Origin: a virus
Taxonomy: Duplodnaviria; Caudoviricetes
Strand: one strand, 5' to 3'
Virus record (IMG/VR): IMGVR_UViG_3300032312_002284
Span: 1-64,000 of that record
Length of the DNA: 64,000 nucleotides
The position numbers and the translations under genes are program-made. Every line of letters starts with the position of its first letter. Position 1 is the first letter of the stretch. This document shows, piece by piece, positions 10,769 through 22,000 of this stretch. The notes under the pieces are model-generated. The model had not been told where the DNA came from. It did not search any database and saw only the letters and a list, made by a program, of their open reading frames with translations.

Positions 10769-11868
10769 TGGAAACTCAATATTATAGATATAAAATCTCA
10801 CCTGAAGTTATTACTGGAGATGTTAGAACAGTTATTGTTGACAACGTTTCTTATGGTGTGATATCAGGTATGACTAATATTTTAAGTGGAGGGACTAACG
10901 GGGACTCGTTACTAACAGATTTAAGTTTACCAATTCCATTATTTCAAACTGGAATTGATTACGGTTATTACGATGGGTTTGATGGTGATTTATTACAAAA
11001 GGATGTTGTTACTAATTTTTTATTTACTCAAACCGATGGGTCATATAATGTAGAATTATTTAACACGTCTGAAATGGGTCAAAAAAAGTTACTATCAGAA
11101 TCTACATACCAAGTAGACTGGGGTGACGGTTCACCACTACAAACTATTTCTGTAGTTGCTCCAACACCTGTTTCTCATACCTATCTTTCAGTACCTTATA
11201 CATATACTATTAAATTAATTCAGAGAAATCCATGGGGTATAATTGAAGTTGGTAAAAAAATAACTGTTCCATATGAATTAATACCTAATAACAATCCTTA
11301 CGGAGAAGTTACATTTACCCCTCAGGGAGGGTCATGGTCAGATATTCCAGTTAGTTATGATTTTATTTTCAATGGGGATGCTGAAAATACAATTTCACAA
11401 CAAGTAAGTTCAAATTATGTTTCAGTACCATTTTATGTTACGGCAAATACAAAATCACAACTTTCAGAACTATCTCTTTACGGACCCCAAAAATATATAG
11501 TTAATCAACCTATATATTCAGGTGTGGGAGTAAACTCAATTTATAAAGGTGTTATTTTTGGAATTGACCCAAATGGGACATATACCGGATATACAATTAA
11601 TAATATTGACTACTATGATTTTAATGATGGTACCACAATTTCTTATGCTCAAAGTAGTGGATTAACATCTGAAATGTTGATTCAATCGGCAATTACAAAA
11701 AATGAGTACCTTTTAGGTGTAATTGACCAACCGGAAATTTACTCAAATGTATTTATTGAAAGAGGAAAAGATTCAGGTATTGAAACAACTCAAAGATTAG
11801 GGGAAGTACAAAATATGGGAGACTTGATTAAATACGGATATAAATTCTTCAAAATTAAACAATATTAA
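10768..11868 (+). CDS. Structural protein with a PKD-like Ig domain
   Basis: YQVDWGDGS...VSHTY is the PKD signature; TAATG coupling to the upstream gene. Confidence 0.6.
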   Translation: METQYYRYKISPEVITGDVRTVIVDNVSYGVISGMTNILSGGTNGDSLLTDLSLPIPLFQTGIDYGYYDGFDGDLLQKDVVTNFLFTQTDGSYNVELFNTSEMGQKKLLSESTYQVDWGDGSPLQTISVVAPTPVSHTYLSVPYTYTIKLIQRNPWGIIEVGKKITVPYELIPNNNPYGEVTFTPQGGSWSDIPVSYDFIFNGDAENTISQQVSSNYVSVPFYVTANTKSQLSELSLYGPQKYIVNQPIYSGVGVNSIYKGVIFGIDPNGTYTGYTINNIDYYDFNDGTTISYAQSSGLTSEMLIQSAITKNEYLLGVIDQPEIYSNVFIERGKDSGIETTQRLGEVQNMGDLIKYGYKFFKIKQY

Positions 11869-11870
11869 TT

Positions 11871-12779
11871 ATGGCAATAGGTTCATACGGTACAATACGA
11901 CCCTCAGATGTTTCACCAGCAGATGTTGAAATAATACTACATTATACTCCATCAAGAGATTATACTGAAAATTTTGTATTAAAAAAATTAGATTCCTCAA
12001 CATTACTAACCCCTTATTTTAATAATAGTAGTACAGGGGGAAATCCAAATGTTGAAATATTAGGAGGGTTGTACAATTTAAAACTACCATCAAATGAGTT
12101 TAATAAATTAGGAATTTATACTTTATACTTACGACCAGTTCAAATTAGAACTGAAATAAGTGATTGTGGAGTTCTATCCGCACTTCCAAATGTTAAAGGT
12201 ATTATTATTGATATTTCAAATGTTCCAAGCCAATATCGTAATAAATTTGTTACACAAGGATTAGTTGGATTTAGAGTCGAATATTTAAACACTGACGGTA
12301 CTAAAGTACCTAATTTTTTTAGATACATTACCTCAAGTTTTTACTGTGAACCTGTAACTCAAAATCTTACAACAACACAACAAAAAGTTGTTAGGTATAG
12401 ATATGTTGATAATGCGTCTAATTTAATGTTTTGTACATTAACACCGTCATCGGCACCAACAAATAAACCTAATGCGACACCATACATTGGAGTACCTGGA
12501 CAAAGTATTATAATTACTAATACTTTTTTTAATCCTGTTACTTTAGATGTAGAGATAGTCGAACATGATGCTTCGACATTAGCATTGGCTCTTTATGGTA
12601 ATCAAACTAAGTCAATGGATGATGGTATATACACTATCTATGACTCAAGTAATAATATATATAAACAATACAACTTATACGAAATCAGAGACCAATTTAA
12701 TGAACTTCTTTACGAGGTTAGACAAGATAGAGATGGTAATATCGATTTCAGTAAAAGTTATGACAATATAATCGCTTAA
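11871..12779 (+). CDS. Hypothetical structural protein (302 aa)
   Basis: Coupled ORF in the baseplate operon. Confidence 0.6.
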   Translation: MAIGSYGTIRPSDVSPADVEIILHYTPSRDYTENFVLKKLDSSTLLTPYFNNSSTGGNPNVEILGGLYNLKLPSNEFNKLGIYTLYLRPVQIRTEISDCGVLSALPNVKGIIIDISNVPSQYRNKFVTQGLVGFRVEYLNTDGTKVPNFFRYITSSFYCEPVTQNLTTTQQKVVRYRYVDNASNLMFCTLTPSSAPTNKPNATPYIGVPGQSIIITNTFFNPVTLDVEIVEHDASTLALALYGNQTKSMDDGIYTIYDSSNNIYKQYNLYEIRDQFNELLYEVRQDRDGNIDFSKSYDNIIA

Positions 12780-15700
12780 TGGCTGTAACAAAGTATACAT
12801 GTCCACCACAGACCGCCGCAGGTTCAGGGACCTTCTCCAATAATTTAGTTGGTTTCCAACTTGTACAGGGGGGTGGGTTTACGCAAGGTAATTTTCAATT
12901 TACAAATTCTATCACTGAAAAATCTAACAGAACTTTTGAAACTGGAGTTTTTTCAAGTCCGATATCTTTGGAAAGTATGAATACAACTCTTGGTCAAACA
13001 AGAGCCATCACATCTAACAATTTTGAAGTTTATCCAAATCTTGATTTAAGTGAAGTAACAAGTTTTACATTATACGGACCATTAAATAAACGATTTTCGG
13101 CATCAATTGAGCATATAGTTAATTATTTTCCAGCTGCTTTAGAAATCAGTCAAAACAGACCTGATTTCACCACAGGTATTACTGCTAATAATATAATTTT
13201 TGATACAACTGAAAATCTTACAGAGTTTGAAATTGATGTTGAATCAATTAGTAATCCATTTGGAATTGATTTTACCACCAACGCAACGGTTAATTTGTCA
13301 AGTAGGGAAATAAAAGTTTCAGATTTAAGAAATTTAACTGTAGAATTTTCAAATTATATTTTAGTATTTAACGGAGAAAATTACCAAATAAATAACATTA
13401 TACCAACAAGTTCATTAACTGCTGGAACATTAACTGTGTTTGTTGAAGGTAATCCATTTAACAATAATCCATTTACTTATGATTATTTAATTATAAGACC
13501 AAATGATGATGTAGTTAATAAAGTATTTAATTTAGAATTAGATTACGTTGATAATTTTATTTTAGATAGGTCAACAACTCCGATATATACGTCACAGTTT
13601 ACAGTACCATTAGAAAGTGATAGTGGTGATGTTTATAATTCTACTGATAAAATTACATGGCCATTATTTGGACAATGGAATTTAGATATTTTAACTGACT
13701 CGTTTACAGTTTATTTAGAAAAATTAAATGAAATTGCAGAAAATTTTGATAGTTATAAAACTAATTTAATTGCGAGATTTTTAATTACTGATTCTTTAAT
13801 TGAATTTGACACCCCTGACCAAAAATTAGATAAAGTTTTAAAAATTTATGGAAGAAGTTTTGATGAAACAAGAGTGTTTATTGACGCTCTTGCAAATATG
13901 ACTTCAGTAAATTACAACATTGGGAATGACATTCCATCTCAACTATTAAAAAATTTAGCGCAAACTTTAGGGTGGAATACGGATATATCACCAATAACAA
14001 ATGATAATTTTTTAGACTCTTTATTTACAACTAATCCAACACCTCTTTTTGATGGTATAAGTTCAAATCCAACACCTGATGAATTAAATTATCAATATTT
14101 TAGAAATTTGATAATGAATTCCGCTTATCTTTTTAAATCTAAAGGTACTAGAAAATCCATAGAAAGTTTATTAAGATTAATAGGTGCTCCTGATGCAATA
14201 GTTGAATTTAATGAAACAGTATACGTTGCGGACCAAAAAATTAATATTAGCGAGTTCAATCAAAGATATGAATTAATTGCCGGAGGTTCGTACATACAGG
14301 AATCTGTGGTCTTGAATCCAAACTCAACATACTCAATTCAAGGAAATATATATACCGCGTTTACCCTAACTAATACTGTAATAGAAACTGATACTACAAG
14401 AACTGATTATCCTGTGGATGAACAAGGATTTCCTTCTATGGTAAATGCAAGTGAGAGTTATTATTTTCAAATAGGTGCTGGTTGGTTTGAATCTACACCT
14501 GTTCATAGAAGTTCTGAAATAATAAATTACACTACAAGTGTTTTTACCGGACAAAATTTTAATGTACAAACAGAATTGTCTCCATTTACATATGGTTACC
14601 CATATCTACAAAGATATATGGATTTTCCATATTTAAATTTTGGATTTGGATTACAAAAAATTAATGACAATAAAAAAAGTTGGGTATCGACTGACAAATC
14701 TAGACTAAATTCCGACGCGGGATTTAATTCTGATTATTATGTTGGTGATGATAGATTAGTACTTAACGTTAAAAATGTTGACTTATATTTAAATCCGGCA
14801 CAAGGATTATTATACGATGTTTGGTATATTTCTCAAACTTCAAATTTCCCAATACCAAGTACGGGATTACCAAATTTTTCATCTCAAAATTACTTAAATG
14901 GTTTTAATTTAGGTAATTGTAACTACAGCGCTGGAACAAGTGTTAATGGGTTAGTTTATTGTGGATTCCAATTTGACAAAACTGTAATTAATCCTAAACC
15001 TCAGAAAAAAACATTTTTTGAATTTGCTCAAGATTTCATCAAAAACATGATAAATGTTAGAGATAGATTGTTCATAACTGACGGTAAAACGGGAGGATAT
15101 CCAAAATTACAATCAATATTTTGGCAATATCTTTTATCTAATCAAGCTGTTAATATCCCAACAAACCAATTTTCATATCAGAATTTAATTGAATACGTTG
15201 AAGGGTTGGGAGATTATTGGATTAGACTAATTGAACAAATGGTTCCTGCAACAACAATATGGAATACAGGGGTTAAATTAGAAAATTCAGTCTTTCATAG
15301 ACAAAAATATGTTTATAGAAGACAACAAGGTTGTGAAATTATACCAATCCCATGTGAAACTTGTAATGCGACAGGACCTTTATTTTCATATGATTGTAAT
15401 TATGAAACGATTAGTTGTCCAATTTATCCTTGGGATAGTGGGTTAACCTCAGTTCCGTCATTTGGTGATGTGTTATATCAGACCTTAAACAATTACTTAT
15501 CTGAAATTGGATTGACATTTACAGATTGTGATTTAAATAGTTTATATAGTGTATGGTATGTGGATATTAATATTGGAGGAAATCAATTAATACAACAACC
15601 TTTCTTTGATGGGTACGGATTAACGGGTTCGCAGGCGTACCCAACACAAGGTCAATGGGTTGTTGCTCTTAACAATTATTTACCTCAATTAAACAATTTT

Positions 15701-15823
15701 AATTTAAGTTATTATATTAGTAATTCTACACTTTATGTACAAAATTTGGATTGTGGGCAAGATTTTTTAAATCAAACGTTTAAATTAAACGTAGGTATAA
15801 ACTTTTCATTAGCATGTAATTAA
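12779..15823 (+). CDS. Baseplate wedge protein with a P2 gpI / T4 gp7-like segment
   Basis: IPSQLLKNLAQTLGW...LFKSKGTRKSIESLLRLIG resembles the Tail_P2_I motif (lp.LA...gw...kGT..aie..l); Cys-rich C-terminal domain. Confidence 0.6.
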   Translation: MAVTKYTCPPQTAAGSGTFSNNLVGFQLVQGGGFTQGNFQFTNSITEKSNRTFETGVFSSPISLESMNTTLGQTRAITSNNFEVYPNLDLSEVTSFTLYGPLNKRFSASIEHIVNYFPAALEISQNRPDFTTGITANNIIFDTTENLTEFEIDVESISNPFGIDFTTNATVNLSSREIKVSDLRNLTVEFSNYILVFNGENYQINNIIPTSSLTAGTLTVFVEGNPFNNNPFTYDYLIIRPNDDVVNKVFNLELDYVDNFILDRSTTPIYTSQFTVPLESDSGDVYNSTDKITWPLFGQWNLDILTDSFTVYLEKLNEIAENFDSYKTNLIARFLITDSLIEFDTPDQKLDKVLKIYGRSFDETRVFIDALANMTSVNYNIGNDIPSQLLKNLAQTLGWNTDISPITNDNFLDSLFTTNPTPLFDGISSNPTPDELNYQYFRNLIMNSAYLFKSKGTRKSIESLLRLIGAPDAIVEFNETVYVADQKINISEFNQRYELIAGGSYIQESVVLNPNSTYSIQGNIYTAFTLTNTVIETDTTRTDYPVDEQGFPSMVNASESYYFQIGAGWFESTPVHRSSEIINYTTSVFTGQNFNVQTELSPFTYGYPYLQRYMDFPYLNFGFGLQKINDNKKSWVSTDKSRLNSDAGFNSDYYVGDDRLVLNVKNVDLYLNPAQGLLYDVWYISQTSNFPIPSTGLPNFSSQNYLNGFNLGNCNYSAGTSVNGLVYCGFQFDKTVINPKPQKKTFFEFAQDFIKNMINVRDRLFITDGKTGGYPKLQSIFWQYLLSNQAVNIPTNQFSYQNLIEYVEGLGDYWIRLIEQMVPATTIWNTGVKLENSVFHRQKYVYRRQQGCEIIPIPCETCNATGPLFSYDCNYETISCPIYPWDSGLTSVPSFGDVLYQTLNNYLSEIGLTFTDCDLNSLYSVWYVDINIGGNQLIQQPFFDGYGLTGSQAYPTQGQWVVALNNYLPQLNNFNLSYYISNSTLYVQNLDCGQDFLNQTFKLNVGINFSLACN

Positions 15824-18030
15824 TGGCGATAACATTAAATTATGGATTACAAATAACAGGTGATTGTCAGAACAATTCATCAGGTGCATTAGGGTTAACA
15901 ATATATGGTGGAACACCTAATTATACAATAACTTGGTTGTCTCCGTCTTTATCACCTATTATATTAGCGGGTAGTGCAACAACAATAACTTCATTATCTG
16001 GAGGGTCGTATAGTTTTTATGTTAGTGACCAATCAATACCTGTTAACAACACTAATAATATTAGTTTTTATGTGAGTACGGGATGTTGTGTTTCGATAGA
16101 TGTACAGGATACAACATGTAATTTACCAAATGGTTCATTAACCGCAACAACCGCTTACGCCTCTTCTTATGGTACCGCTTATTTATATAAAGAAGGTCAA
16201 TATATTGCAAGTGCTTTAACAAGTTTTGTAACACAAGATGCTCCTCCACCTCTATCACCAGTACCCGGACTTTTAACATCTGCGTATTTTGATGGTCTTT
16301 CGGCAGGTACTTATCAGGTTACTCTTTTTGATTATGGAGGATGTCAATGCTCAAGTCAAACTTGTATAATACGAAATTCATCAGAATTTGATTTTGGATT
16401 ACTTGTTGCAAATGCTTCATCATGTAATAATGGATATGGTCGACTTACAGTAACAGGTAATACTGGAACAGGGCCGTTTGAATACCAATGGTCTCCAAAC
16501 GTACTAAACTCAAGTATTACTGCTAGTACTGTCAGTGGATTATCTGCGGGTAGTTATAGTGTGGTAGTTACAGATTCAACTGGATGTCAAGTAACTAAAT
16601 CTGCGATAATTAATACTGTACCCCCTTTAGGTTTAAATTATTATACCGCAACACCTGCTAGTTGTTTATCTGACGATGGTACAATAACTTTTAATATTTC
16701 TGGTGGTACTCCACCTTATTATTATATTTTATCAAACGGGGATTCCGCAATTAGTTATTCTAATGTTTATACATTTTCAGGACTTGCGGCCAATACGTAT
16801 ACTCTCCAATTAGTTGATTTAGCAATTTGTAATTTTTCACAAGATGTACAAGTACCAATGGAAGGTAACTTTGATGTGATTTCAGTTGTAACAAATAATG
16901 TTACTTGTACTTCATACGGTTCATTATCAATTAATTTAATAGGTAACCCTCCTTTTACTTATATATTGGAAGACAGTAGTGGTGTGGTTAACACAATTGT
17001 TACACAAGTTAATAATTATCAATTTACAAATTTAACCGCTGACACCTATACGTTAACTATCTCAGATTATTTGGGTAGTTGTGAATATACGGATACGTAC
17101 ACTATTGAGCAATCACCCGATTTTTCAATGGAGATATCGTCAACAGGAACCACATGTAATTCTGAAAATGGTACTATTTTAGTAGATATAATACCTTTTA
17201 ATTCTACATTATTTAGTTATGAATTACAGGGGATTGAAAATTCAGGTCTTATCAGTGATACCTCATATTTGTTTAGTGGTCTAAACACTGGTATCTATAC
17301 TATAATTGTTACCGATGAGAATGGATGTACTCAAACTGATAGTATTATTTTAAGTAATCAATCACAAGTTGATTTTAATTTATACTCAACAGATTGTGGG
17401 TTAGGTTCCGAGGGTACAGTTAGTGCAATTATAAATAATGGAACCCCACCATTTAATTTGTATTGGAGTGCTAGTACAATAGACGGGATACTATCAATAG
17501 GTTCTCAAAATGGTATATACTTGACTGGACTAACAAGTAGTGATTATTACTTAACGGTAACTGATTTAAATGGATGTGTATTAACTAAATCAATATCTGT
17601 TACATGTGGCAATTTAGTAGGGTCTTCCTATCAAGTGTTTAATATATGTGAACAAGTATTTACTGAGACCTCAAATCAAAAACGAGGTATAATACAAATG
17701 TATAATGAGGGATATCAGGATTTAACTGCGGGTTCTAATTGTATTTTAAATTACGCTAATTTCATAACTGAAGTGACAATTGGTTCTCAAGTTTATACAA
17801 GTCTATTCTACACTTCTTATTCTTTAAACGACTTACCAACTGACGGATTATATATAGAATCTATACAATCCGCGATTAATGGCGCTTACGGTGTTGGAAA
17901 TGTGTCAATTGATTCATCAATGAATATTGTTTTAATATCGTCAGACTGTAATCTAGAATATGACGTGTTACAAGATTTAGTTATAGATATAAATTTAAAA
18001 ATTGAATATGATTTTGACTGTCAATCATAA
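15823..18030 (+). CDS. SprB-repeat virion protein
   Basis: Repeated units such as TPASCLSDDGTITFNISGGTPPYYY and ANASSCNNGYGRLTVTGNTGTGPFEYQWS match SprB repeats. Confidence 0.75.
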   Translation: MAITLNYGLQITGDCQNNSSGALGLTIYGGTPNYTITWLSPSLSPIILAGSATTITSLSGGSYSFYVSDQSIPVNNTNNISFYVSTGCCVSIDVQDTTCNLPNGSLTATTAYASSYGTAYLYKEGQYIASALTSFVTQDAPPPLSPVPGLLTSAYFDGLSAGTYQVTLFDYGGCQCSSQTCIIRNSSEFDFGLLVANASSCNNGYGRLTVTGNTGTGPFEYQWSPNVLNSSITASTVSGLSAGSYSVVVTDSTGCQVTKSAIINTVPPLGLNYYTATPASCLSDDGTITFNISGGTPPYYYILSNGDSAISYSNVYTFSGLAANTYTLQLVDLAICNFSQDVQVPMEGNFDVISVVTNNVTCTSYGSLSINLIGNPPFTYILEDSSGVVNTIVTQVNNYQFTNLTADTYTLTISDYLGSCEYTDTYTIEQSPDFSMEISSTGTTCNSENGTILVDIIPFNSTLFSYELQGIENSGLISDTSYLFSGLNTGIYTIIVTDENGCTQTDSIILSNQSQVDFNLYSTDCGLGSEGTVSAIINNGTPPFNLYWSASTIDGILSIGSQNGIYLTGLTSSDYYLTVTDLNGCVLTKSISVTCGNLVGSSYQVFNICEQVFTETSNQKRGIIQMYNEGYQDLTAGSNCILNYANFITEVTIGSQVYTSLFYTSYSLNDLPTDGLYIESIQSAINGAYGVGNVSIDSSMNIVLISSDCNLEYDVLQDLVIDINLKIEYDFDCQS

Positions 18031-18033
18031 TAG

Positions 18034-19071
18034 ATGTGTTTAATAAATTTAAATATAGTAACTGGCGAACCTCCATACACTATAGAGGTTTGTGATTATT
18101 TTGGTATTAATTGTCAAGTAATTGGATATTATGACTATTATATACCAGGTACTTTAGTACTATCAGTTCCTGAACCTTATAGTTCGGCTCCAATTGTATT
18201 ACTAAAAGTTTATGATGCTAATGGATGTATTAGCCAAGGTACTCTAACTATGCTCACCCCAACTCCGGCATCAACGGTTACACCATCACCACAAAGTCCT
18301 ACTCCAACACCTACAAATACAACTACACCAACTGTTACTCCGTCAAAACAAAGTCCGACACCAACCCCAACTAATACTCCAACCCCACAAAGTCCGACAC
18401 CAACACCCACAAATACGCCAACTAAAACAGTTACACCTACTAAGACAACAACCGTAACCCCAACAATAACTGTTTCGCCATCATTAACACCAACTTCATC
18501 TCCATTACCACCAAATAAAGCATTTTTATTTATTGAGCCTCAATCTGGTAGTACAAGTATTGGACAATGGATGTTTAATAATGGTCAAACATTTTATGGA
18601 TTTACAAATGGTTCAGCTCCTGCATTAAATCAAAGTATTTTTAATAATCAATTAAATACTTATGTTAATTTCTCAGGGTGGACCTCAGGATTATTTCCAT
18701 CGATTATAAACCAAGATGTACCACAAACAACTGGTGGAAATGATTCATTTGGTAACGCAATTGTTGCATATAATTTTAAAACAACCCAAGTTTCGGCTAA
18801 CACGGTATCAGGTAAAGCTTGGTACACATGGATGATACCAACAGGGATGACTAATGGATTATATCAAAAGAAAATAGATTATAGTACCTCAAGTCCTTCT
18901 ATGCCTCCTACGACAGTAAATACTGAGCCTACAATTTATTCATATTATTTTAATTATACTGGAAACACAATACCTAAGACAACATATAGGGTGTATACGA
19001 CTTACCCATCAACAAATTTTAATTTATTAAATACTTCTGATATATATTTCAAAGGAAACTCAGTAAGTTAA
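18034..19071 (+). CDS. Modular virion protein: Cys-containing N-terminal module, Thr/Pro linker, C-terminal domain
   Basis: N-terminal ITG.PPY.I.VCD..G.NC module shared with 33215 and 44996; PT-rich tract at about 18258-18510. Confidence 0.65.
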   Translation: MCLINLNIVTGEPPYTIEVCDYFGINCQVIGYYDYYIPGTLVLSVPEPYSSAPIVLLKVYDANGCISQGTLTMLTPTPASTVTPSPQSPTPTPTNTTTPTVTPSKQSPTPTPTNTPTPQSPTPTPTNTPTKTVTPTKTTTVTPTITVSPSLTPTSSPLPPNKAFLFIEPQSGSTSIGQWMFNNGQTFYGFTNGSAPALNQSIFNNQLNTYVNFSGWTSGLFPSIINQDVPQTTGGNDSFGNAIVAYNFKTTQVSANTVSGKAWYTWMIPTGMTNGLYQKKIDYSTSSPSMPPTTVNTEPTIYSYYFNYTGNTIPKTTYRVYTTYPSTNFNLLNTSDIYFKGNSVS

Positions 19072-19083
19072 TAATTATAGTAT

Positions 19084-22000
19084 ATGTCTACGTTCCCATA
19101 TAAAAACCCAATAAGTTCAGAACAACTAAACGGAGTACAATCTGTTGAAAGGTCTGAAACATTTGGAACAAATTTTTCTGTACTTGGTGTTGGTGGTTAC
19201 ATGGAGGTATTTAATCGCACTGATTTAATTTACACTATACCGCCATCAACATTTGGGCCAATTGAGTATAGTGGTAATACCATACCAATTCAATTTACAA
19301 AAGGTACTGGAACGGTGTTCTCACCTGATGTTTTAACTCTTAATTCTGATAACATATCTTCGGGAAGGAGAAGGTTAGGTATGTTAGCTTATGTTTATGA
19401 AGACGACCAAGTATACCAATTCAGAATTGATAATTACGAATCATTATGGTCTGCGGTAACTGCAACTACTGCAATTACATTTTATGATTTTGGAACCACA
19501 ATTAATAGTACAACTGTTGCGGGTAGGAATTTTATTAATGCTTGGACTGCATCAACTATTGAAGATGTAAACGGGGCGACACACTCATCTGCTGTATGGA
19601 AAAAATATAGTACAGGTAGTGGTAGTGGTTCCACATCTGCTAATACCTTGTATATTACAGGTACAGGAATTAACTCAACTGTAAGGTGTGGGGTTAATAA
19701 TACAGCTGCGGGTGATTTTGGAGGGGCTCTTGCGGGTTCAGGTAATACCGCTTCAGGTAAATATAGTTTTGCTGGTGGAGGAAAAAATAACACTGCGAGT
19801 AATTGTTATTCTACTGTAGGAGGAGGATATTTAAACACTGCAAGTGGTGATACATCAACAATTGCCGGTGGTTGTAATAATATCGCAGGTGGAGCTATTT
19901 CATTCATAGGTGGGGGACGATTGAACATCGCAAGTAATAATTACTCAACCATAGGTGGAGGTACTGAAAACACCGCAAGTGGTAGTTATTCAACCATAAG
20001 TGGAGGGTATGTAAACACCGCAAGTAGTGAATACTCAACCGTGGGTGGTGGATGTCGTAACACCGCAAGTGGCTCGTGGTCAACCATAGGTGGGGGACGT
20101 CGTAACACCGCAAGTAATACTTACTCAACCGTAAGTGGTGGATATTATAACACCGCAAGTGGTAATACTTCAACAATTAGTGGGGGATATTGTAATATTA
20201 ATGGAGGGGACTTTTCATTTATTGGGGGAGGTAGATGTAATACTATGTTAGGTTTAACTGGTGGAATTATTGGAGGAGGATATAATAACACTGTTAGTAA
20301 TAATTATTCAGTTATTGGAGGTGGATGTGGTAACACCGTAAGTGGTTATATTTCATTTGTTGGTGGTGGGTCAAGTAATACCGCAAGTGGTGGTTATTCA
20401 ACCGTAGGTGGGGGAAGATTTAATACTGCAAGTAGTAATTACTCAACCGTAAGTGGAGGATATTCTAACACCGCAAGTGGTGATAGGTCAACTGTCAGTG
20501 GAGGGCAATCTAACACCGCAAGTGGAAGTAGGTCAACCGTAAGTGGAGGAGATAATAACACCGCAAGTAATTATTACTCAACCGTAAGTGGAGGATATTC
20601 TAACACCGCAAGTGGTGATAGGTCAACTGTCAGTGGAGGGCAATCTAACACCGCAAGTGGATGTACATCAACAATTTCAGGTGGTTATTTTAATAACGCA
20701 TTGAGTAACAACTCACACGTACTTGCAGGTCAAGGTAACGTAGTATATTCACAAGGTGCAACCATTTTAGGTGGTAATTTAAATAGTATAGCTAATACTA
20801 ATAATAGTTCAACATATTCTATTTACTGTACCGATTCTGGTACAGGTATAATTTATATAAACGGAGGAGACCTGACACCGGAATTAGTTAATGGTAATAC
20901 ATTTTATTATTATCATAATATTGATAATAGAGTTTATAAAGGTTATATTACATCATCAACCTATTCAGGTAATTATACTGAACTTCAGGGAATATATGCA
21001 GGTACAGCTAGTTCATATGGTAGTTTTGGTAGAAATTATAGTGATATAGTAACAAACAATTCTTGTAATTCAGTAATAGCTGGAGGAAATAGTAATACTA
21101 TTTGTGGAAATTCACCTTATTCATTCATTGGTGGTGGACAAAGTAACACCGCAAGTAGTTATTACTCAACCGTAGGTGGTGGAAAAGGGAATACCGCAAG
21201 TAGTGGTGGGTCAACCGTAGGTGGTGGACAAGGGAATACCGCAAGTACTTCTCAATCAACCGTAGGTGGTGGACAAAATAACACCACAAGTGGTGATAGG
21301 TCAACCATAGGTGGTGGATTTCTTAACACCGCAAGTGGTTCTTTTTCATTTGTTGGTGGAGGACAAAGAAACACCTCAAGTGGTGGTACATCAACAATTG
21401 CCGGAGGATGTAAAAATATCGCTGGTGGTAACTTATCATTTATTGGGGGAGGTAGTGGTAACACCGCAAATGGGATATATTCAACCGTAGGTGGTGGACT
21501 AAATAACACCTCAAGTGGTAATTTTTCATTTGTAGGTGGAGGAGGGAATAACACATCAGGTGGTATTGGTTCATTTGTCGGTGGTGGTCAGTTTAACACC
21601 TCAAGTAATTGTTACTCAACCGTAGGTGGTGGACAAAATAACACCGCAAGTGGTAATACATCAACAATTGCCGGAGGATGTGGAAATATTACAGGTGGAG
21701 CGTGTTCATTCGTTGGTGGAGGACAACTAAACACCGCAAGTGGTGATAGGTCAACCATAGGTGGTGGACTACTAAACACCGCAATTGGTGATAGGTCAAC
21801 CATAGGTGGTGGATTTCTTAACGCCACAACTGGTGATAGGTCAACTGTTAGCGGAGGATATAAAAACAGCGCAAGTAGTACGGGTTCAACTGTAGGTGGA
21901 GGACAGTTTAACAGCGCAAGTGGTGATAGGTCAACCATAGGTGGTGGATTTCTTAACACCGCAAGTAATTTTTATACTACCGTAGGTGGAGGTCAATGTA

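Noticed and set aside
462-15823. Chromosomal contractile injection system (eCIS/tailocin)
   Set aside because: Contiguous with phage-type replication, recombination and probable head genes, with no housekeeping chromosomal context
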